From the IMG/VR virus record IMGVR_UViG_3300017774_004409, positions 1-39,665 of that record: DNA of 39,665 nt. One strand, given 5' to 3'. The DNA is from a virus. Its lineage: Duplodnaviria; Caudoviricetes. Below are positions 17,901-24,980 of the stretch, one piece after another. The notes beneath the pieces were generated by a model. It ran no database searches and was not told the origin of the DNA. It saw only the letters and a list, made by a program, of their open reading frames with translations. Within the stretch, counting starts at the first letter, position 1. Each line of letters begins with the position of its first letter. Made by a program: the position numbers and the translations under genes.

Positions 17901-19707
17901 TGAAGCCATTGCGCTGGGCAAGAAAGAATATCCAGACTGGGCATCGGCAAAGGACATGACTGCTACTCCGCTTCGTCCATATGAAGAAGCTAACCCAACT
18001 CCTGAGGAAGGCAACTGGGGTATTTGGATCAACGCCACTGATCGCTTTGCCAACCAGCCGGGTTCATACTCAAGAAGCGAAACACCACCACTGATGAGAT
18101 TCCCGAGTCGTCCTGCTGCTGAACTATGGATAGAACAACAACGTACTACTCGACCTAACATGCGAAGTGACATTGAAGTTCGAGAGATTGAACCAGCTGT
18201 TCAAAATACAGGCAGTGCAACCTCTGGCAACTGGGGAGTTTGGGTACCGTCGTTAGATCGCTGGGCAACTATAGGCAATGCAGGCCCTAGAAGATTTACT
18301 GACCGAGCTGGAGCCAATGCCTGGATCCAGGATTACAACGCAAGAAACTCTGGAAGTGAGCTTGAATTGACTGCTCAAGAGATTGAACCAGGTGCGGATG
18401 CCAATGTCAACTACGAAATCTACAATAGAGAAACTGGTGAAGTGGTAGATACCACACAGCTACGCAACGATGACGAAGCTCTGATTCGCCTGGATGATTA
18501 TCGTGCGCACGGCCCGCATAGATTGAACACCCAGGATGCTATAAGAACATTTGGCATGCGGCGTGGCCCCGGTGTGACCAACACTCAGACAGATACCAAC
18601 CCGCTGAGACCCACCGGTCCTGGACCATGGGAAGTGGCCAGCAGAAGCAACAATCAAGTTTACTTCAACCCGCCCAGCACGTATCGACGCAATGCAGAAT
18701 CTGAAGCACGAACTTGGTTAAGCAATAACGGACATAACCCCAATGAGTTCGAAGTGAGAACTCGTCAAGGCGCTGGCAACGCAGATGCAGCACAGGGCGG
18801 CATTATTGACATCGAACCAGATATATCACAGTACACTGCACCACAGACCTTGACCCGTCCAGGACAAGGTCAACAGACATTCACCGGCGAGTGGCAAGTG
18901 CTGGATCCTGAAGACCGTGAAATCTATCGTTTCTCAGGTGTGGGCAACAATCAAAGCGATGCCAATCGTGTGGCCATGAACTGGCTACGCCAAAATCCTG
19001 GACGTATGCAAGCTGGAGTCACTGTTGTTCCAGTGATGAGCGAAGACGATCTGGAAGAAGGGTGGAGAAGTACATTGGCAGGAGCAGCAGCCGCTGGCGC
19101 CATGGCATTTACACCAGCTCCTACCAACAACACAGCACCCGTTGCAGGTCCTACCGCGCAACCAGCAGCGGCTGTGCAACAATCACCTGCCTCTGCGGCA
19201 GAAAGTACCCTGAGCAGAATTGCACAGGCAGCGGGTATCAAAGGTGTAGAACTGGCACAGTTCTTGGCGCAGTGTGCGCATGAAACTGGTAATTTTTTAC
19301 ACCTGGAAGAACTGGGTGGCAACCGGTATCTATCCCAGTATGATCTTAGTGTAAATCCTGCCAAGGCCAAAGCATTAGGAAATACCCAAGCCGGCGATGG
19401 TGCCAAATACAAAGGCCGTGGTTTCATACAAATCACCGGCAAGGCCAACTATGCCAAAGCTGGCCAGGCTCTGGGCGTAGATTTAGTGAACAGTCCAGAA
19501 CTGGCTGCCAGACCTGATGTGGCTGCCAAGGTTGCTGTGTGGTACTGGCAAAGCCGTGTGCAACCTCGTGTACAAGACTTCTCTGACACACGTGGTGTGA
19601 CCAAACAGATCAATCCTGGATTGAAAGGCCTAGCAGATCGTCAAAGCAATTTCAAAGACTATCAACAACAAGTGGCTGCTGTGGCACAACCTAAGGCAAC
19701 AGTATGA
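14977..19707 (+). CDS. 1576-aa multidomain polyvalent protein: Pol-beta-type nucleotidyltransferase + HExxH metallopeptidase-like + amidoligase + repeats + GH19 muramidase
   Basis: GSNAG...SDIDLH; VAHELTH; GMEFE...EPDGS...GLEFVSP...TGLHINIS...KYTSIN...IEFRSPG; AQCAHETG...YKGRGFIQITGKANY. ATG 14977 lies 8 nt after TAAATA. Confidence 0.8.
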   Translation: MNILELDSYNLGDAVKFNDQLNPRIWQGNKMRPEVRAKLLQIAEDFKQSLGLTDLNVKDITLSGSNAGYTYTPHSDIDLHLVVDLPEADASDVYRELFDAKKFQYNETHNIKIGGYDVELYVENANKTAVSQGIFSVVNDDWIKIPLKKRSTINDNVVKNKYDVIKNHIESAIESGDLERLTNTAAKIKKMRQSGLDQNGELGPENLAYKMLRSQGVIKKLYDARTAAKDHELSLRERTIQVKKPFRYGFRVAEDVSSNPSGVSPETKMFLSEKPALSQQEIVTDFVNHCVERLGIEQLPTIKFKRDPEWSARNKTFGRYNHETNLLEVSLASRHVMDILRTVAHELTHQRQHEVGNVPDTAGETGSAWENEANAKAGVLMREYAQQHPEFFADESLDESSGYIPTKKQANDPRFKMALTKDIRPGATGREANKMALNTDSQGRPALLMKTANQMHEDLANEFRWELALMETEILGEINMSTGSLRQEAAKTGAIAGMEFEMIVPNTENDDDGDLEPDYGFDQRCRSIDDAVQFFYDGDFNSRNEIDRLRATMSNDFTEWLDERIYRDWERGGEEYLQEWVPNNVDESEWNPEDLEGEARQEALEEYISNLHNDPGSSDAFDEFREENQDSYDESDWLDDEDLDRMSGVENAYEISWPHWNTVGGGEASIEDVAQEFENAIGRDTKASGNYHSGRVPRPGPDALHYIVEPDGSLEADNNSDTGLEFVSPPLPIDEILSDLNKVKAWAKEYGCYTNDSTGLHINISVPGYSRENLDFVKLALLMGDKYVLDLFGRAGNTYAKSALDMVKGKVRNDPDSAQQLLEKMKGNLDSLASKAIHSGVTSKYTSINTKDGHIEFRSPGGDWLDQNFEQIENTLLRFTVAMSAALNPEAYREEYLKKLYKLLTEDNKDDSDTIRYFSEYVAGKIPKAALRSFVKQAQLTRQIKRGTTGNKKMWWRVGRPGYGASAEVVATTKDEAIALGKKEYPDWASAKDMTATPLRPYEEANPTPEEGNWGIWINATDRFANQPGSYSRSETPPLMRFPSRPAAELWIEQQRTTRPNMRSDIEVREIEPAVQNTGSATSGNWGVWVPSLDRWATIGNAGPRRFTDRAGANAWIQDYNARNSGSELELTAQEIEPGADANVNYEIYNRETGEVVDTTQLRNDDEALIRLDDYRAHGPHRLNTQDAIRTFGMRRGPGVTNTQTDTNPLRPTGPGPWEVASRSNNQVYFNPPSTYRRNAESEARTWLSNNGHNPNEFEVRTRQGAGNADAAQGGIIDIEPDISQYTAPQTLTRPGQGQQTFTGEWQVLDPEDREIYRFSGVGNNQSDANRVAMNWLRQNPGRMQAGVTVVPVMSEDDLEEGWRSTLAGAAAAGAMAFTPAPTNNTAPVAGPTAQPAAAVQQSPASAAESTLSRIAQAAGIKGVELAQFLAQCAHETGNFLHLEELGGNRYLSQYDLSVNPAKAKALGNTQAGDGAKYKGRGFIQITGKANYAKAGQALGVDLVNSPELAARPDVAAKVAVWYWQSRVQPRVQDFSDTRGVTKQINPGLKGLADRQSNFKDYQQQVAAVAQPKATV
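17830..19040 (+). repeat. About six degenerate 55-70 aa tandem repeats inside the 1576-aa protein
   Basis: GNWGIW...AELWI...REIEP and GNWGVW...ANAWI...QEIEP, also GPWEV...ARTWL and GEWQV...AMNWL. DNA GGCAACTGGGG at 18010 and 18226; GAGATTGAACCAG at 18184 and 18379. Confidence 0.6.
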
Positions 19708-20753
19708 GAGCTCATGAATTTATTGCTGAAGCCTTTGACCAACCCTATAAAGGCAAATGGGAAAAAAGCGAATACGGTGACGTTGATCTAAACACAAAAT
19801 TGCCCGACGGAACAAATCTAAGCATCATGTTCAACAATCAACAAGATGACGAGGGCAAAGAAATAGTGCAGGTTGAATTTTATAGAAACAACAGCCAAGA
19901 AGTCACTGGCGAAGGTGATGCACAGAGAATCTTTGCCACGGTGTTGGCCGCTATACAAAAATACATTAAAAAATACAAACCTTCAAGATTGAGTTTTTCG
20001 GCTAGTAAAGCAACTGATCCAACAATATATTATGAGCCAGATCAGCCTCAACCAAATCCTGAGAGTCGTGCCAAGCTGTATGACAGGTTGGTACAGCGTT
20101 ATGCTCGAGCCTGGGGCTATAGAGCGTTCCGCGCTGACACTGGTGATTTAGTTATATATGAATTGAGTAGATTACAACCAGCTGTAGCAGAAAACTTTGC
20201 GGATGGCGGAAACCCTGTAAAATTCACAGTCACTTCAACTGACGGATACAAACACAGTTTTCAAATCACCCTAGCAGTGCATGGAAAACATGTAGGGCAT
20301 TTCAATTTTTTACGCAGTGCTGACACAGATGACGTCAACAATGAAGCAGAAGTTGAATCACGCTGGCAAGGACAAGGTTACGGCAAATTACTATTAATGA
20401 AAGCAATTGATGTAGCCAACAACCATGGATTGGATTTTCAACAAGACATACGTGGTATAACTGATGCACAACAAAATGTATACGACAGTTTAGAAAATGC
20501 CGGCTTGATTGTTACACCAGGTGACGGGTTCTGGTTTCTAACACCTCAAGGTGAACAAGAATTAAATGGCTTGAATGAAAACTTTGCAGATGGCAAGGTC
20601 CGAGGCAAAAGTCGCCCGGGTCGTGTGAAACGTGCCGGCGCCAGCTGTGACGGATCAGTCACTGACCTACGTGCTCGTGCTAAACGTGCATCAGGCGAAA
20701 AGGCCAAAATGTATCACTGGTGTGCCAATATGAAATCAGGCAAGAAAAAATGA
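19704..20753 (+). CDS. Modular putative internal head protein with GNAT-like module
   Basis: Leader MRAHEFIAE. GNAT motif A (RWQGQGYGKLLL) lies between two ENFADG copies. Basic C-terminal module. Confidence 0.65.
   Translation: MRAHEFIAEAFDQPYKGKWEKSEYGDVDLNTKLPDGTNLSIMFNNQQDDEGKEIVQVEFYRNNSQEVTGEGDAQRIFATVLAAIQKYIKKYKPSRLSFSASKATDPTIYYEPDQPQPNPESRAKLYDRLVQRYARAWGYRAFRADTGDLVIYELSRLQPAVAENFADGGNPVKFTVTSTDGYKHSFQITLAVHGKHVGHFNFLRSADTDDVNNEAEVESRWQGQGYGKLLLMKAIDVANNHGLDFQQDIRGITDAQQNVYDSLENAGLIVTPGDGFWFLTPQGEQELNGLNENFADGKVRGKSRPGRVKRAGASCDGSVTDLRARAKRASGEKAKMYHWCANMKSGKKK
20190..20594 (+). repeat. 18-bp direct repeat (17/18) flanking the GNAT module
   Basis: GAAAACTTTGCGGATGGC at 20190-20207 and GAAAACTTTGCAGATGGC at 20577-20594, in frame, 387 nt apart. 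Confidence 0.8.
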
Positions 20754-21427
20754 TACAAATTCTTAATAAACCTTTTAACACAGTTAATTTTAAATATCCG
20801 TTTCCGGGTGTTGAATTAATTCGTGATAATTATTCTCAAGCCAATCAGGATCTGTTTGTATTGAGCCTGCTGGATGGACGCCGCAATGGCACATGGTTGG
20901 AGATTGGATGTGGTTGGCCATTGCATATCAGCAACACTGCACTGTTGGAATTTGATTTTGACTGGAGTGGAGTTAGTATTGACGCCTACCAGGAAGTGCT
21001 GAATGAATGGGTTGGCATAAGAAACAATCCAACTACTCATGCAAACGCACTTTCTGTAGATTTTGTAAAATTATTCAAAGATCACGGAATCGTCAAAACT
21101 GACATAGATTATTTGAGTTTGGACTGTGAACCGTCAGAACAAACCTATGAAATTCTTCTGCGTATTCCTTTTGATCAGTATCGATTTGCAGTGATAACAT
21201 TCGAGCACGACTGTAATCGTAAAGTACAGCACGATGCGCAAGAATATTTGACCCAGCGTGGGTACAAATTAATTGTGAAAAATCTCAGTGATCAAGGCAT
21301 TTTTTGGCCCTACGAAGATTGGTATGTACACCCAGAGCTGGTCGATCATGCAAAAATTGCAAAACACCTAGCTGACAACGACAGTCCCAAAGATTACCTT
21401 GAGTATTTTTACCAAAATACACTATAA
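20750..21427 (+). CDS. FkbM-family SAM-dependent methyltransferase-like protein
   Basis: YSQANQD, WLEIGCG, WSGVSID, IDYLSLDCE, ITFEHD and EDWYV. ATG 20750 overlaps the upstream stop. Confidence 0.7.
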   Translation: MIQILNKPFNTVNFKYPFPGVELIRDNYSQANQDLFVLSLLDGRRNGTWLEIGCGWPLHISNTALLEFDFDWSGVSIDAYQEVLNEWVGIRNNPTTHANALSVDFVKLFKDHGIVKTDIDYLSLDCEPSEQTYEILLRIPFDQYRFAVITFEHDCNRKVQHDAQEYLTQRGYKLIVKNLSDQGIFWPYEDWYVHPELVDHAKIAKHLADNDSPKDYLEYFYQNTL

Positions 21428-21503
21428 AAGATTGCTCAATACAGCACAGGTGAACGCTGACGGATGGCACAGTGGCAGCTAAATATACAAAGAGGTAAGA
21501 AAA

Positions 21504-21938
21504 ATGAGATCAAGTGAATTTGTGTTCGAAAAGTGGAGTCAAAAATACAAGAGCAGTATCAATTGCAGCCACCCTCGAGGCTTCTCACAAAAGGCGCACT
21601 GTGCTGGTAAGAAGAAACAGAACGAAAGTATTGAAATGGAAATGGTGTGTGAAACCTGTGGCATGTGTGAGGCACATGCCAACCCAACCGTGAATGAAAA
21701 TCTTCGAAACTGGTTCAAGGACAAATGGGTACGCTTTGGACCCGACGGTAAAATCCGTGGAGACTGTGCTCGAGGGTCGGAATCTGAAGGCAAGCCCAAG
21801 TGTTTGCCACAGGCCAAGGCACATGCTCTGGGTAAAAAAGGCCGGGCCAGTGCTGCCGCAAGAAAACGCCGCAAAGATCCCAATGCCAATCGTTCAGGCG
21901 CAGCCATTAATGTCAGTACAAAAGGAACTAAAAAATGA
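21504..21938 (+). CDS. Modular basic/Cys-rich putative internal head protein
   Basis: Leader MRSSEFVFE. Modules begin after VFE and VNE. TAAATA at 21480. Confidence 0.65.
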   Translation: MRSSEFVFEKWSQKYKSSINCSHPRGFSQKAHCAGKKKQNESIEMEMVCETCGMCEAHANPTVNENLRNWFKDKWVRFGPDGKIRGDCARGSESEGKPKCLPQAKAHALGKKGRASAAARKRRKDPNANRSGAAINVSTKGTKK

Positions 21939-23131
21939 ACATAAAAGATATCATTACAGAATCAAAACACAAATGTCCACACTGCGGTGGACCTATGTTC
22001 AGTGAAATGATGATGATGGAAAAGAAAGATGCCTGCTACTACAAGGTCAAGGCCAGTGCAAAAGTATGGCCCAGTGCTTATGCATCCGGTCGACTGGTGC
22101 AGTGTCGCAAAAAAGGTGCTGGCAACTATGGCAACAAATCAGAAGGCAGACTAAACGAATTTGCTCCAGGATCGGGTGGTGGAGAATCAGGACGTTGGTA
22201 CACAGACGACCAAATGACTGACTTAGTGGGAGATGGTTGGTATAACGATTTAGATGTTAGCGGCGATATACCTAAACAACAAATGATTCAACAAGCACAG
22301 GCCTGGTTAGATGACCAAGGCTACAGCGTTCAGGTATTAAATTGCAAAGTAAATGATGACGACATGGAATGGTATATAGAAGGCAGTTTTCAAAATTCTC
22401 GCTTTGCCAAGAAAGGTGTGGCGGAACAACAGTTGGATGAAAAATGCTGGGACGGTTATCAGCAACAGGGGATGAAAAACAAAGGTGGCCGTCAGGTGCC
22501 TAACTGTGTGCCCAATGAAAGCGTAGAAGAAGCCAAATTGGCCACCATGCGTGATTATTACTCAGGCAATAAGGACGCAAAAGACAAGACAAAACTCAGT
22601 CAGATGAGAGATTACTTTAGTAAAACTGATCCCGCTGACTCCCCATCGCAAAACACTGCGGCCAAAGCCGGCAAGCCATATATTGTTGTTAAAAGGAAAC
22701 AGTATAATATGGCAGAGGAATTAGCAGAAGAGTTTGATCTAATAGAAAACATTATTGATAATCTTGCTGATCAGAACGGCGTAGATGCCGACATGATCTG
22801 GGAAGATTTAGAAAGTTTAACAGACGATGAACTGTATGTGTTTGCTGTGACTTCACAACTGAACGAGGATTGGCAAAAGGCCAACAAGCGAGACAAAACA
22901 GATGGCATGAGTCAAAAGGCTGTGAATGCCTATCGCAGAGAAAACCCTGGATCAAAGCTAAAGACTGCTGTAACAACCAAGCCCAGCAAGCTGAAAAAAG
23001 GCGGCAAGGCTAGCAAGCGCAGAAAAAGCTATTGCAGTCGCAGTCGTGGACAGATGAAAATGCACAGTATTTCATGTGCCAAAACGCCCGACAAGGCCAT
23101 ATGCAAGGCTCGTCGTCGCTGGAACTGCTGA
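21935..23131 (+). CDS. Modular putative internal head polyprotein
   Basis: Leader MNIKDIITE. Modules delimited by MME, LNE, GVAE/LDE, VEE, MAE and LNE. Confidence 0.65.
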   Translation: MNIKDIITESKHKCPHCGGPMFSEMMMMEKKDACYYKVKASAKVWPSAYASGRLVQCRKKGAGNYGNKSEGRLNEFAPGSGGGESGRWYTDDQMTDLVGDGWYNDLDVSGDIPKQQMIQQAQAWLDDQGYSVQVLNCKVNDDDMEWYIEGSFQNSRFAKKGVAEQQLDEKCWDGYQQQGMKNKGGRQVPNCVPNESVEEAKLATMRDYYSGNKDAKDKTKLSQMRDYFSKTDPADSPSQNTAAKAGKPYIVVKRKQYNMAEELAEEFDLIENIIDNLADQNGVDADMIWEDLESLTDDELYVFAVTSQLNEDWQKANKRDKTDGMSQKAVNAYRRENPGSKLKTAVTTKPSKLKKGGKASKRRKSYCSRSRGQMKMHSISCAKTPDKAICKARRRWNC

Positions 23132-23319
23132 TGCGAGCCAAAGAAATCGTCCGGGGTGCCAAGCAGTGGACTGCCAAGGTACGAGTGCAAAACCCTGGAT
23201 ACGTGGGCTGGGTTGATGCAGTGGTCTGGGCGCCCAACACTCACGTGGCACGGCAGATACTCAAAACACAATACAGCATACAGGACTGGCACATAGGTGC
23301 CATCAAAGAACTGCGTTAA
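23131..23319 (+). CDS. Small hypothetical protein (MRAKEIVRG...)
   Basis: ATG 23131 overlaps the upstream TGA. Leader resembles its neighbours. Confidence 0.55.
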   Translation: MRAKEIVRGAKQWTAKVRVQNPGYVGWVDAVVWAPNTHVARQILKTQYSIQDWHIGAIKELR

Positions 23320-24020
23320 CTGCGCAAGCGAGCCAGACCTAACAGTCTAAACAGGCCTAACCATATCCAACCTATATCAAGTTCGAACCAACGTCGACTT
23401 AATTTAACACTGGCTGGATTGATATGGTGATTGTTATGCAGCTCTTCTCCACCAATCAATATACCCCAAGGTACAATGTTTGTGCTCTGATCTCTAGTGT
23501 CACCATTCTTGTAACCAAACCAGTGTCCAACACCGTTGATCACACCGGCAGCCCAGAATGGTATCCATGCAAGTTGTATACCCCACACCATGAAACCCCA
23601 CGGCCCGAATAATACGAGATCTATAGCCAGCATTAGGAGAATGCCATAGAAGTTGTATGGGACATACAACTTGCGTTCGATCCAGTCATTAGGAGTTCCC
23701 TTGCCGTAACTCAGCATGGTTTGAGTGTTTTTGCCCTCACGCACATAGTACATTACACCACGGCCTAAGATGTTCCAGAAGCCATGCACATGCGGACTGT
23801 GCGGATCGCCTTCTTGATCACTGAATCTGTGATGCTTGCGATGTATGGCCACCCACTGACAAGTAATCATGCCGGTGGTGAGCCACAACCAAAAACGCAT
23901 AAAATGACTTAAGATTGGGTGGAATTCGATACCGCGATGTGCTTGCCCACGGTGTAGGTACAAGGTAACACAGATTATAGTGATGTGTGTGACTACTAGG
24001 GTATAGATAAGTTCTGTCAT
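23316..24020 (-). CDS. Membrane fatty-acid (delta-9 acyl-lipid/acyl-CoA type) desaturase
   Basis: Three His boxes HRGQAH, HRKHH and HNNHH, plus GDPHSP, GEELH and TM segments. Confidence 0.9.
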   Translation of the reverse strand: MTELIYTLVVTHITIICVTLYLHRGQAHRGIEFHPILSHFMRFWLWLTTGMITCQWVAIHRKHHRFSDQEGDPHSPHVHGFWNILGRGVMYYVREGKNTQTMLSYGKGTPNDWIERKLYVPYNFYGILLMLAIDLVLFGPWGFMVWGIQLAWIPFWAAGVINGVGHWFGYKNGDTRDQSTNIVPWGILIGGEELHNNHHINPASVKLSRRWFELDIGWIWLGLFRLLGLARLRS

Positions 24021-24024
24021 TGCT

Positions 24025-24066
24025 TATTTATGGCTAATTTAACTGTACAGTTAACAACACTAAATA
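24025..24066. promoter_or_regulatory. Back-to-back TAAATA motifs flanking a perfect 16-bp palindrome
   Basis: TATTTA at 24025-30 (minus-strand TAAATA), TTAACTGTACAGTTAA at 24039-54, TAAATA at 24061-66. Each TAAATA is 4 nt from its ATG. Confidence 0.65.
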
Positions 24067-24070
24067 CACC

Positions 24071-24352
24071 ATGAAACAATTTATTCGTGTACTGTGCGAT
24101 GTTGATTGTACCTGGACAGATCCTGTGCCGGTATATCGTGTCTACGTGGATGACGAATTATTTGTTGAGAGAACCTGGGAATGGAAAGACATGTATCTGG
24201 AAGAAATGCTACAGATAGAAGCCGAACCCGGAGAGTATGCAATCAGTTACGAACTTGTTGATTCGCCTGGCGCAACCATCCGCGTTTCAAACATGCGAGT
24301 GGATTTTGGCCCAGGTGAAATACACAACAATACTTTGAAGATACTCCCATGA
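24071..24352 (+). CDS. Hypothetical protein
   Basis: 93-aa ORF, ATG 4 nt after TAAATA. Confidence 0.6.
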   Translation: MKQFIRVLCDVDCTWTDPVPVYRVYVDDELFVERTWEWKDMYLEEMLQIEAEPGEYAISYELVDSPGATIRVSNMRVDFGPGEIHNNTLKILP

Positions 24353-24549
24353 GAGCACAAGAATTCATCAGAGAAAATGCATCAGTAGGCGCCACCAGTA
24401 GTGGCAGTATAGCCACGGTGGCTGCACCTGTAGGCGGCATGCAGTCAAGAACTGGCGGAAGTTTCTTTTCTGGTAAATATACCACGGATCCATTTCCCAA
24501 TACTCCAAAAAGTATGAGAAAGCAAGCAAGGAAAACAAATGTTAAGTGA
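24349..24549 (+). CDS. Small putative internal head protein
   Basis: Leader MRAQEFIRE, ATGA overlap. Confidence 0.6.
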   Translation: MRAQEFIRENASVGATSSGSIATVAAPVGGMQSRTGGSFFSGKYTTDPFPNTPKSMRKQARKTNVK

Positions 24550-24979
24550 TTTACTAAAGACCTTTCAGGCCAGTACATTTTCGTACTATTTAAAAGCACA
24601 ATATTTCCACTGGAATGTGGAAGGGCCTGACTTTGGTGAATTGCATGAGTTCCTGGCCAACATCTACGAAGACTCTTACGCAGCAGTGGATCCCATTGCT
24701 GAATACCTACGCACACAAGACGAATATGCTCCGGGCAGTCTGTCCCGCTTTCAAGAATTGACACAGATACCAGACCAAACAAAGATTCCACGTGCTCGAT
24801 TAATGTTAGAAGAACTACTGGCAGATACACAAACAATGATAGACCTCAGCTTGGCAGTGTTCAATGCAGCCACTGAAGCCAATCGTCAAGACATTGCAAA
24901 CTTTGCTGCTGAACGTCAAAGTCAACACGGCAAGTACCAGTGGCAATTGAAAAGTTATCTAAAGGAAGCAAGAGCATAA
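24539..24979 (+). CDS. dps: Dps family DNA-protection ferritin-like protein
   Basis: FHWNVEGPDFGELHEFL, DPIAEYLR and HGKYQWQL. Confidence 0.9.
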   Translation: MLSDLLKTFQASTFSYYLKAQYFHWNVEGPDFGELHEFLANIYEDSYAAVDPIAEYLRTQDEYAPGSLSRFQELTQIPDQTKIPRARLMLEELLADTQTMIDLSLAVFNAATEANRQDIANFAAERQSQHGKYQWQLKSYLKEARA

Positions 24980-24980
24980 C

